Under the pieces are notes generated by a model, which did not search any database, was not told where the DNA came from, and was given only the letters and a program-made list of their open reading frames with translations. A DNA stretch of 15,012 nt. It comes from Fibrobacterota bacterium (GTDB lineage Bacteria; Fibrobacterota; Fibrobacteria; UBA11236). The stretch spans positions 1 through 15,012 of the forward strand of contig JAYUVP010000280.1 of assembly GCA_043753995.1 (NCBI GenBank), written 5' to 3'. How positions within the stretch are numbered: position 1 is the first letter of the stretch; the number at the start of each line of letters is the position of its first letter. Below are positions 1 to 7,821 of the stretch, one piece after another. The position numbers were made by a program, and so were the translations under genes.

Positions 1-632
1 TGGATTTAGGCGCAGGGGCAGGAGGCCCGGCCAAATGCCTTCTTGCCTGGACCGCGGCCAATTTGACTTGCGTCGATTTGGGAAAAGAGCCGCTAAGCGA
101 TTTGGAAACCTGGGCCGCAAACTCGGGCATGTCCACTCGTTTGCGAACCTATTGCCGTTCCTTTCAGGAATTACCAGCCGCCTGGACCGGGGCTTTCGAT
201 CTCGTTTGGAGCCAGGATGCTTTATGCCATGCCGAGGATCGCGTAACGGTTTTTTCCGAAGCCAGGCGGGCAATGCGGCCCGGCGGGGCCTTGGTGTTCT
301 CTGATATTCTCCTGGCCGAAAATGCGCCGCAAGAGCAGGCTCGGGCATTCACCGCGGTGAATGCGGTGCAGAATCTGGGAACCCCGGCGGCCTATCTGCA
401 GGATTTGCGACAAGCCGGATTCTCCGATATTCATTGCGAAGATTGGACCCATCACCTCCCCATGAATTTTCTTCGCATGCGGCAACAAATCGATCGGTTA
501 AGGTCGACTATGTTGGCGGAGTGTGTCGGAGCTGATCCGATCAATCGCTTCGCCGAAGCCTTGGAGAATCGGTTGAAGTGGGTTCCCGGTACGGTTCTCA
601 CATGGCGTGCTTACTGCTGCACGACCGGGTAA
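1..632 (+). CDS. Class I SAM-dependent methyltransferase, 5'-truncated by the window edge; resembles sarcosine/dimethylglycine N-methyltransferases
   Basis: The frame is open from position 3 and reads DLGAGAGGPAKCLLAW (SAM-binding motif I), upstream of the ORF-track start at 63. It continues with FDLVWSQDALCH and RRAMRPGGALVFSD (motifs II/III). Stop TAA at 630-632. Substrate is uncertain. Confidence 0.85.
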   Translation, partial: DLGAGAGGPAKCLLAWTAANLTCVDLGKEPLSDLETWAANSGMSTRLRTYCRSFQELPAAWTGAFDLVWSQDALCHAEDRVTVFSEARRAMRPGGALVFSDILLAENAPQEQARAFTAVNAVQNLGTPAAYLQDLRQAGFSDIHCEDWTHHLPMNFLRMRQQIDRLRSTMLAECVGADPINRFAEALENRLKWVPGTVLTWRAYCCTTG

Positions 633-724
633 TTCAGACTTTAGCTTCCCGGTTTCCCCCAATTGGGCGAAAAAGGCTCACCGAATTTCAGGAATTGGTC
701 CTAGTTTGGTGCCAAAGGTGAAAC

Positions 725-729
725 AGGAG
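725..729 (+). promoter_or_regulatory. Shine-Dalgarno site of the pilin gene
   Basis: AGGAG at 725-729, 7 nt before ATG 737. Confidence 0.75.
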
Positions 730-736
730 AGCTTTT

Positions 737-1168
737 ATGCCCGTTCTTGAGAAAAAAGATTTTAAAAAGGTCTCAGGCTTTACTCTGGTGGAAGTCCTTG
801 CGGTCCTCATCATCGTGGCCATTTTAGCGGGCATTGGGACGCCGATTTATCTCAGCTATGTGAAAAGTGCCCGTTCGGCAGACGCGCAAACCACAATTTC
901 GGCAATTGTGACAGACAATAAAGTGTTTTACCAGAAATTCGGAAAATACACCAGCGATCTGACCGACCTCACCCGGCCCAAATACGTCACCATAGACGAG
1001 GCCACCGACCTCAAATGGAAATTCAGCTTAGGGGCTTCAGGTGAGCAATTCACCTCGGTGACGGCCAGCAGTACCGAGGAAATGCCCGGTGGTTCCGGTA
1101 AAACGGTGGAGTATGAAGTGAAAACCGGCAAGTTCAAGGGATATGGCACCGACGAAGACGAGCAATAG
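737..1168 (+). CDS. pilA: Type IV prepilin, probable major pilin (14-aa leader, 129-aa mature protein)
   Basis: Class III signal MPVLEKKDFKKVSG|FTLVEVLAVLIIVAILAGIGTP with G-1, F+1, E+5 and P+22. First gene of the cluster, with a strong RBS. The major-pilin role is inferred from position and size. Confidence 0.88.
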   Translation: MPVLEKKDFKKVSGFTLVEVLAVLIIVAILAGIGTPIYLSYVKSARSADAQTTISAIVTDNKVFYQKFGKYTSDLTDLTRPKYVTIDEATDLKWKFSLGASGEQFTSVTASSTEEMPGGSGKTVEYEVKTGKFKGYGTDEDEQ

Positions 1169-1204
1169 GTCGGTTTGACTGGCCACGAGGGACGGGAGGG
1201 CATC

Positions 1205-2281
1205 ATGACACAAAACATGAAATCACTTCCGTCTTACTTGGCTGTGTTTTTTGCGTGCTCCTACTTGTTGAATCCCGCAACCGTTTCAGCAGGTTCCTGG
1301 GAAATCGGCGACTCCTTCTTTGCGCCTTCTTCCCAAACCAATGGCCTGACTTTCGATGGCAATTATCTCCAGCACACCAATGATTTTCAGCCCATCATTT
1401 ATAAAATCGACCCTTTTTCGGGCTTGGTGGTGAGTCAAGAGGCTACCAAGGTGCCCGATCAAGGGGATTTGGAATATGCCGATGGCTTTCTGTATGTATG
1501 CTCGGAAAACCGGCATATCCTTTACAAAGTCAATATGGCCACTGGAGCCACGGTCGATACCATTCAGGTGCATGGCATTCCCATAGGCAGGGTATCCCCG
1601 AATCGGCGCGACTCCATACAAATGGAAGGGGTCACCTTCGATGGCTTCAATGTCTGGGTCGATGGCGGAACCAATATTATCATCCGTGTCGATTTGTCCA
1701 CCAAGAAAAGCTACCGGTATATCATGCCCTTGGAGATGGGCTATCTCGATGGCATGACTTGGGCTTTTGATCATCTATGGGTGGTGACCAATAATGCCAC
1801 CATTTATGAGCTCGACCCCTGCACCATGGGAATTCTCGATCGTTTCGATGCTCCCGCCAATGTAGGCGGTGGTCCGGAAGGCTTTGCCTTCGACGGCGAA
1901 AACCTTTGGTTCGCCGACAATGAGCTCGACAAGATTTACAAGATCATCCTCAAAGACAAATTGCTCACCAAGCGGGCGGCCACTTCCGGCGCGGCGCGAA
2001 CTTCGGGATGCGATAAGGGCGAACTCATGTCCGCAGCCGACGATATCATTCCAGGCGTCACCGGGCTTATTCCTGATTCCGAGGGAAGGCGCGGCGGAAT
2101 AGGCCTGCGTCCGGGTTATGCTGACTTGGGTCTGTGGTCTAGGTTATTGCGCCGCGAAATCAAGACGGGCGACGTGGTCAGCCTGCGGGAAATCTCCGGC
2201 CTTGCCACGGGCCGCCGTTGGGTGCCGAATCGGTTTTCACCGGCTAAAACCGAATCCAAACCCGTTCCAGCTTCACCGTAA
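1205..2281 (+). CDS. Secreted beta-propeller protein (about 5 G-x-x-F/W-D-G-x-x-L-W-type blades) with a ~110-aa C-terminal tail
   Basis: GGAGG at 1195-1199 precedes ATG 1205 (alternative ATG 1217). Sec-type signal ...LAVFFACSYLLNPATVSA|GS. Repeats: TNGLTFDGNYL..IYKID, QGDLEYADGFLY..LYKVN, MEGVTFDGFNVW..IIRVD, LDGMTWAFDHLW..IYELD, PEGFAFDGENLW..IYKI. Confidence 0.75.
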   Translation: MTQNMKSLPSYLAVFFACSYLLNPATVSAGSWEIGDSFFAPSSQTNGLTFDGNYLQHTNDFQPIIYKIDPFSGLVVSQEATKVPDQGDLEYADGFLYVCSENRHILYKVNMATGATVDTIQVHGIPIGRVSPNRRDSIQMEGVTFDGFNVWVDGGTNIIIRVDLSTKKSYRYIMPLEMGYLDGMTWAFDHLWVVTNNATIYELDPCTMGILDRFDAPANVGGGPEGFAFDGENLWFADNELDKIYKIILKDKLLTKRAATSGAARTSGCDKGELMSAADDIIPGVTGLIPDSEGRRGGIGLRPGYADLGLWSRLLRREIKTGDVVSLREISGLATGRRWVPNRFSPAKTESKPVPASP

Positions 2282-2301
2282 AGCCTCTTGGGACTTCACC
2301 G

Positions 2302-3345
2302 ATGGATTTACAGCAATTGCTTCTCTTCGCGCGCGAGCGCAATGCTTCGGACTTGCATCTCTCTGCGGGGGTGAGCCCGATAGTGCGCATTGACGGCGCT
2401 TTGCAGCGCCTCAAAATGCCACCCATCGAAGACGCCGACCTACGTCAGGCCTTCGACACTCTATTGACCTCCGAGCAAAAGCGATCCTTCGCTGAAAAAA
2501 GCGAAATCGATTTTTCCTATGCCTTGGATTCGCAAACGCGCTTTCGCGTCAATGGCTTTCAACAATTGCGTGGCATCGCTGCCGTCTTTCGTGTCATTCC
2601 CACGCGCATTCGCGGCTTCGAGGATTTGGGCTTGCCCGAGGTCATGCGATCGCTGGCCTTGCGTGATCGAGGTCTCATTTTGGTGACGGGTCCGACGGGT
2701 TGCGGCAAGTCGACCACCTTGGCGGCCATGCTCGACAATCTCAATGAAAACATGCAGAAGCATGTGATCACCATTGAAGATCCCATTGAGTTCATCCATG
2801 AGAGCAAGCAATGCCTCATCAATCAACGCGAGGTGGGGCATCATAGCAGTAGCTTCCAGGCGGCGCTGCGGGTGGCCCTGCGCGAAGATCCCGACGTCAT
2901 TCTCATCGGAGAAATGCGTGATCTCGAAACCGTTCAGCTCGCTTTGACTGCCGCTGAAACCGGTCACTTGGTGCTCTCGACCTTGCATACCAGTTCGGCA
3001 GCCAAAACCATCGATCGCATCATCGACATTTTCCCCGATGGCGCCAAATCGCAAATCCGCACCATGCTTTCCGAATCCTTGGTGGCCATTGCCAGCCAAA
3101 AGCTCGTTCCACGCCGCGAAGGCAAAGGCCGGGCGCTGGCCCTCGAAGTGCTGCTCGCCAATACCGCCGTTCGTAATCTCATTCGCGAGGACAAGGTTTA
3201 TCAGATCCCCAGTGTCTTGCAATCGGGTTCGGCCCAAGGCATGGTCAGTCTCGATCAAAGCCTCATGGACTTGGTACAGCGGGGCGTGGTGTCGCGCGAA
3301 GAGGCGGCGAAAATCGCCAATGATCCTGCCAAACTCGGCAAATGA
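2302..3345 (+). CDS. pilT: Type IV pilus retraction ATPase PilT
   Basis: ASDLHL N-terminus, Walker A GPTGCGKSTT, TIEDPIE, Walker B REDPDVILIGEMRD, His box AAETGHLVLSTLHT, and the PilT-type AVRNLIRE motif; 347 aa. Confidence 0.96.
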   Translation: MDLQQLLLFARERNASDLHLSAGVSPIVRIDGALQRLKMPPIEDADLRQAFDTLLTSEQKRSFAEKSEIDFSYALDSQTRFRVNGFQQLRGIAAVFRVIPTRIRGFEDLGLPEVMRSLALRDRGLILVTGPTGCGKSTTLAAMLDNLNENMQKHVITIEDPIEFIHESKQCLINQREVGHHSSSFQAALRVALREDPDVILIGEMRDLETVQLALTAAETGHLVLSTLHTSSAAKTIDRIIDIFPDGAKSQIRTMLSESLVAIASQKLVPRREGKGRALALEVLLANTAVRNLIREDKVYQIPSVLQSGSAQGMVSLDQSLMDLVQRGVVSREEAAKIANDPAKLGK

Positions 3346-3761
3346 ATCACGAAGCCAAATCCACTTTGGGGTTCACTCTGGTCGAAGTGATTTGCGCCTT
3401 ATTGATCGTCCTCTTGTCGGTTTTGGCATTTTTCCATCTCTTCACCTATGGAACCATGCAATTGGAAAAGCAGGGCCGGCGTCGACAAGCCTTGGCTGTC
3501 ATGCAAGGCGAGATGGAATTCTGGCGGGCGCGTTTCGCGGTCGCGGGTGAGACTGGTGTCGCCCCTTCGGAAGCCTTTGCCCGTGGGCGGAAATTGGAAT
3601 TAGGAGAATCGGCCCCCAAGCCTGCCGAATTAAGATCGACTTTGACTCCGCGCCGTCGACGAGGCGATTTGAATTTTCAGCTTGCGCAAGTAGCCGTGAT
3701 TTGGGGTTATCCCGGCGAAGAGGACACCTTGCGTTTGGAAAGCGCTTTTTATGCGCCGTGA
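3342..3761 (+). CDS. Minor type IV pilin (PilV/GspI-like)
   Basis: MNHEAKSTLG|FTLVEVICALLIVLLSVLAFF class III signal; ATGA overlap with the pilT stop; first of three consecutive minor pilins. Confidence 0.82.
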   Translation: MNHEAKSTLGFTLVEVICALLIVLLSVLAFFHLFTYGTMQLEKQGRRRQALAVMQGEMEFWRARFAVAGETGVAPSEAFARGRKLELGESAPKPAELRSTLTPRRRRGDLNFQLAQVAVIWGYPGEEDTLRLESAFYAP

Positions 3762-4272
3762 TCCGTCTGTGGCCGCTCCCGTCGCAAGTAGCCTAGGCGT
3801 TACCCTGCTGGAATTGATTTTCGCCATGGCCCTGGGAGGCGTGGTGATTCTGGGTTTGGGTTATGTCTATGCCGGAGCCTGGGCCTCATGGCGCGGCGCC
3901 GAAGATAAGCTGCGCCTGCATCGGGCCCTCGACATGGGCCTGGCGGCTGTCACCCGGGAGGTGCGTCAAGCCAAGCAAGTGCAGCCGCTCGCCTCCGGTT
4001 TAAATTTGATTTTCGACGACACCTTGCCCGAGCCACGGGTGCATTATGAAGTAAGCGAAGGGCAGGTATTGCGTAATGGTGCGGTGGTCGAAATTCTGGC
4101 CGACACGGGTTTGAAATGGCTGTGCCTCAGCGGTGAAGGTTTGCGGGATCTGAGCGGGCTGACTTATTTGCGTCTCGAATTGCAAGCCGCCACCCGCGCC
4201 GAAACTTTGGAAGCAGAAACCGAATTGCGCTCGCGCAATGGCGCGGTATTACTGACCGGAGCCCGACCGTGA
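3751..4272 (+). CDS. Minor type IV pilin (PilW/GspJ-like)
   Basis: ...SSLG|VTLLELIFAMALGGVVILGLGYVY with E+5 and Val at +1; downstream AVTREVRQA helix motif typical of PilW/GspJ-like pilins; 11-bp overlap with the upstream gene. Confidence 0.8.
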   Translation: MRRDPSVAAPVASSLGVTLLELIFAMALGGVVILGLGYVYAGAWASWRGAEDKLRLHRALDMGLAAVTREVRQAKQVQPLASGLNLIFDDTLPEPRVHYEVSEGQVLRNGAVVEILADTGLKWLCLSGEGLRDLSGLTYLRLELQAATRAETLEAETELRSRNGAVLLTGARP

Positions 4273-5576
4273 AAGGGCAAAGCGGCAGTGTTTTAGCGGG
4301 AGCGGTGATTCTGCTTTTCGTGCTCACCGTTTTCGGCGGAGCCTATGTCAAATTTGTCTCCTATGATTTCGAAGCCTCGCAAACGCATTTCCGCGATGCC
4401 GAGGTATTCTGGTTGGCCGAAGAGGCTTTGTCCATGGGTTTGGCCCATTTGAATCATGCGCCAGGTGGCAAATTCTCAAGGCTTGCCGCGCGCGATACGG
4501 GTGACTATCGCGCTTGGTGCCGCGGTATTAGGGAAACGGGCGAGCAATACCCGCGATGGCGCGTCACCGCCTGGGTGGCCGATGCGCGCGAAAGTGATAT
4601 TCCGCTATGCTCCCTGACGATTTTAGTGCGCGGCCGAAATGCCACCACCTTTCCCTGGCTTGAAGATCATAGCGGCGATCGCTTTTATACGACGGGCGAC
4701 ACCTTGGATGGCCCGGTGCATACCAATACCCGCTTCGGTATCGCCGGTTCGCCCGTTTTTCTCGATTCGGTTTTTGAAATGGGCGATCTCAGCGGCTACA
4801 TGACCAATCCGCTTTTTGCTGCCAATCCCATTCTGGTCCAGGCCAAGGTGCGCCAAGGCGAGATTTACCACCTCGATCACATGGCCGATGCCATTTCCCA
4901 AGTCCCCGCCAAGAATCGCGTCTTCGCGGCGCCATCGCAAATCGTGGACATCACCTTCACGGGCCGCAACATGGAAATTCGCATCGAGGATAAATTCGGC
5001 CAGGGCATAGCCGCGCCCGTCGACATACGCCCCATCCCCAAGGAAGGCGGCTTTTATGTCTCCGGGGATGTACGCGTACGCGGTGTCGTGGATCGAACCC
5101 TCACTTTGGGAGCTTCGGGAAATATCGTGATCACCGATGATTTGGTCCTGGCCGGTAGCGATCCCATGACGGGCAAGCCCAAGGAGTCCGGCACCGCCAC
5201 TCTTGCTCTCATCGCCCAGAAAAACGTGCAAGTGAAACAGTTGCAAAGCCTCGCTATGGCAGGCCGAGGCATACGCATCAATGCCGCCATCGTCGCCATG
5301 GACAGCGCCTTCGAGGTCGTCAATATGCGCGCCAACAATTGGGATATGGGTGTGATGAATTTGTGGGGCAGCGTGGCCCAGGTTGCCCGAGGCCAAATCG
5401 GCGCGGTGAAAGGCAATGACGCTTTCCGCGGTTTTCATAAGTCCTGGCATTTCGACCGGCGTTTGCCCAGCGCCGAATTACCTTACTTCCCGCCCCTGGT
5501 GAGCCAAAGCGGCGTGATGCGATTCTCGCCCGTGAACTGGGGCCCCTTCGCCTGGATGGAACGCGATGCTATTTGA
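4269..5576 (+). CDS. Large PilX/GspK-like minor pilin with a beta-rich C-terminal domain (DUF4900-like)
   Basis: MKGQSG|SVLAGAVILLFVLTVFGG lacks E+5, a PilX/GspK hallmark, and is followed by AEVFWLAEEAL. C-terminal motifs GDTLDGPVHTN, GDVRVRG..LTLGASGNIVITDDL, LALIAQKNV, INAAIVA, LWGSVAQ, GFHKSWHFDRRL..PYFP. GTGA overlap with the upstream stop. Confidence 0.75.
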   Translation: MKGQSGSVLAGAVILLFVLTVFGGAYVKFVSYDFEASQTHFRDAEVFWLAEEALSMGLAHLNHAPGGKFSRLAARDTGDYRAWCRGIRETGEQYPRWRVTAWVADARESDIPLCSLTILVRGRNATTFPWLEDHSGDRFYTTGDTLDGPVHTNTRFGIAGSPVFLDSVFEMGDLSGYMTNPLFAANPILVQAKVRQGEIYHLDHMADAISQVPAKNRVFAAPSQIVDITFTGRNMEIRIEDKFGQGIAAPVDIRPIPKEGGFYVSGDVRVRGVVDRTLTLGASGNIVITDDLVLAGSDPMTGKPKESGTATLALIAQKNVQVKQLQSLAMAGRGIRINAAIVAMDSAFEVVNMRANNWDMGVMNLWGSVAQVARGQIGAVKGNDAFRGFHKSWHFDRRLPSAELPYFPPLVSQSGVMRFSPVNWGPFAWMERDAI

Positions 5577-6717
5577 CATACGTCACGAAATTCTGTCTTT
5601 GGACTTGGGTCATGCCCGCATCAAGGCCATGCGAGTTGAATCCGCGGGCCCGGGAAAACTGCGGGTGATGGCCATAGGCAGCGAAGCGGTGCCGCCTCCC
5701 CCAGACGGCGATCGCGATCGCCAGCAAGGCCTGCGCGAGCGCATGCATGCGGCCCTGGAGAATTTGCTACGACGCCTGGCCATCCACCCCAAGCGCGAGC
5801 GCCGAGTCCTGTCCTGTTTGCCCGCCAACCAAGTCGCCATCAAGCGCGTAGCCTGCCTTCCCCTGCCTGAAGAAGAATTGCGGGCGGCCCTGGCTTTCGA
5901 AGCGCGCAAGCATTTGCCCGTCGAAGGCGAAGCCCTGATGGATTTTCAAATTCTGGGCAAGGTCGGCGATCAACTGGATGTTCTTTTAGTCACGACAACG
6001 CGTGAAGCGGTGCAAAGGCATCTCGAATTGCTGGAAGGCCTCGGGTTTCGCAATGATCCGAAATCACTGATTCTCGAAGCGCCGCAATTGGCGGCCCTCA
6101 ATGCCTGCCGCCGCGCTTCGCAAAGTGTCGCGAAGATTGCGCAGAATGCGGCGGAGAGCGGCGGGGGAGAGATGTTCGCCTGCCTTAGTTTGGGAGCTAC
6201 CGCTAGCCAAATCGCCTTGTACCGATCGGGCGGCGCCCTCTTATGCCGCGACATCGCCGTGGGCGGCGATCGCATGTCCGAGGAAAAGCGGCAAAGCCTC
6301 GGCCTGACCTTTGACGAGGCCGAAGCGCGCAAATGCGCCGAGGGCCTCATGCCGGAAAGCGTGACCCCAGAAACAGGCAAGACCGCATCCAGCGGGCTCA
6401 TGCTCGAAGCCGAGCGTGACGCCGTGCCCGCTTCGGTGTCGACTCTGGTACGTGAAATCGGTCGCACCTTGCGTTTCGTACAGAAAGAGGATGCGGCCTA
6501 TCGCCCGCAATGCCTGCATTTGCTCGGCGCTCCCGCTGCCGATGCCACATTACGATCCGCCTTACAACGCGAGCTTGCCTTGGACGTCGTCGCCGTGAAT
6601 CCGCTCGCCGGCTTCGCGGACTTGGCGAAAACCCCTGATCATCCCCTGGCCTTTGGCCTGACCGCCGGCATGGCCTGGCGAGGAGCCCATGAGTTTTTTC
6701 CGCGTCAACCTGAATAA
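5566..6717 (+). CDS. pilM: Type IV pilus alignment protein PilM (actin-like fold)
   Basis: N-terminal LSLDLGHARIK, then FEARKHLP..MDFQILG, RDIAVGG, LVREIGRTL, VNP and C-terminal GLTAGMAWRG; directly upstream of pilN/pilO-like genes. Confidence 0.88.
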   Translation: MLFDIRHEILSLDLGHARIKAMRVESAGPGKLRVMAIGSEAVPPPPDGDRDRQQGLRERMHAALENLLRRLAIHPKRERRVLSCLPANQVAIKRVACLPLPEEELRAALAFEARKHLPVEGEALMDFQILGKVGDQLDVLLVTTTREAVQRHLELLEGLGFRNDPKSLILEAPQLAALNACRRASQSVAKIAQNAAESGGGEMFACLSLGATASQIALYRSGGALLCRDIAVGGDRMSEEKRQSLGLTFDEAEARKCAEGLMPESVTPETGKTASSGLMLEAERDAVPASVSTLVREIGRTLRFVQKEDAAYRPQCLHLLGAPAADATLRSALQRELALDVVAVNPLAGFADLAKTPDHPLAFGLTAGMAWRGAHEFFPRQPE

Positions 6718-7246
6718 ACTCGAAGACCCGCATGCTCTCGAGCGCCGGGAACGGGGCGAGAATAGCGTTTTTTTCGCCTTGGCCTTGGGCTTTTTCCTGC
6801 TCCTGGCCTTGGTGATTTATTGGAATGCGCGTCTATCGACGAAGTTGAATGCGCTCACCGAGGTGCGCCGCCAAATGAATGCGGAACTCGAAGTCCTCAC
6901 TCGCGATGCCCGATTCGTAAGTGAAAAAGACGTGCGTGCGCTGGACGCCCTCAATCGTGGTCGCGTCCTATGGACGCCAAAGCTTGTCGCCATCTCGGCC
7001 TTGGCAGGAAATCATTTGGCCCTCACCCGCATGGAATACAAGAATGGCGGCTTGCGCATCGAAGGCATTACCGAAGCAGCGGGAAAGGTTTCGCCTTTCG
7101 ATCGCGTCTCGCAATTCATCGCCCGTTTGCAAGCTGACAGCAGTTTTCAGCGCGACTTCACGCGCATTGAATTCGAGCAATCGCATCGGCTCGTTTTTCA
7201 AAACCAGAATTTGCAGGAGTTCGCCCTGATATGCCATCCCCGTTAA
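6689..7246 (+). CDS. pilN: Type IV pilus alignment protein PilN
   Basis: N-terminal RVNLNK (variant of the INLLP PilM-binding motif), one TM helix, coiled coil, then W..LALTRM..LRIEG..FIARLQ..F ferredoxin-like pattern; GAGGAG RBS at 6679-6684. Confidence 0.83.
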   Translation: MSFFRVNLNKLEDPHALERRERGENSVFFALALGFFLLLALVIYWNARLSTKLNALTEVRRQMNAELEVLTRDARFVSEKDVRALDALNRGRVLWTPKLVAISALAGNHLALTRMEYKNGGLRIEGITEAAGKVSPFDRVSQFIARLQADSSFQRDFTRIEFEQSHRLVFQNQNLQEFALICHPR

Positions 7247-7812
7247 CCGCAAAGTTACTGGGCTATAAGACGGCCCTGGGCGCAGCCCTAGCAGGTGCCG
7301 CTGTATTCTTACTGGCCTTGGTTTTCCTGGTCGGCGATAAGCCGCAGCGCATCAAATCGCGCCACCGCGACATTCAAGAATTGCAAGAGCGGCTGATCAG
7401 CGCCCAAATCACCTCGCGCGGACTATCCGAGGTGCGCGGTCTCATCGAGCGCAATCTCGCTTACTCGGCGCGCGATACCTTGGCGCAAGGCGCTTCCATG
7501 GCCTTTCTTTTCGATTTGCACAGGGTGCTCGACAATCTCGGAGTAGCCGTGCTGGGCATCGAGCCGCAAAAGCCCCAGACTAAGGGCCGCTTCATTGAGA
7601 CGCCCTATGTGCTCGAAGTCGAATGCACTTTCCGGCAATGGGCCGACCTAGTCGACAAAATGGAAAAATCTCCGCGCTTCATCACTCTGAGTGCCATTGA
7701 ATTGAGCAATGGCCTCGATGATTATTTCGGCGAACGTGGCAGCGATCACGTCCCCGGATCCTTCCGCGTGAAAATGACTTTGTCAACGCTCACCCTCGTC
7801 AAGGAAAGCTGA
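7231..7812 (+). CDS. pilO: Type IV pilus alignment protein PilO
   Basis: N-terminal TM helix, coiled coil, then ETPYVLEVECTFRQWADLVDKMEKSPRFITL, matching the PilO/GspM pattern; follows pilN. Confidence 0.82.
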   Translation: MPSPLTAKLLGYKTALGAALAGAAVFLLALVFLVGDKPQRIKSRHRDIQELQERLISAQITSRGLSEVRGLIERNLAYSARDTLAQGASMAFLFDLHRVLDNLGVAVLGIEPQKPQTKGRFIETPYVLEVECTFRQWADLVDKMEKSPRFITLSAIELSNGLDDYFGERGSDHVPGSFRVKMTLSTLTLVKES

Positions 7813-7821
7813 GGCTTCGCC

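Noticed and set aside
696..715. Possible sigma-54 promoter for the pilin (TGGTCC..TTGGT on +; TGGCAC-CAAAC-TAGG on -)
   Set aside because: The + strand lacks the GG-N10-GC spacing. The - strand has a good -24 box but GG instead of GC at -12, and it points away from the pilin.
1175..1204. ORF-track TTG start at 1175 for the propeller gene
   Set aside because: The GGAGG site at 1195-1199 and the position of the signal peptide favour ATG 1205 or 1217.
1205..2281. Calling the propeller a glutaminyl cyclase or PilY1
   Set aside because: The repeat style is similar, but glutaminyl cyclase signature motifs are missing, and the protein is much shorter than PilY1 with no recognisable PilY1 motifs.
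737..2281. Somewhat lower GC in the pilin and propeller genes as evidence of horizontal acquisition
   Set aside because: The difference was judged only from a few spot-counted lines, is modest, and can be explained by Lys/Asn/Ile/Tyr-rich composition; no flanking mobility signatures.
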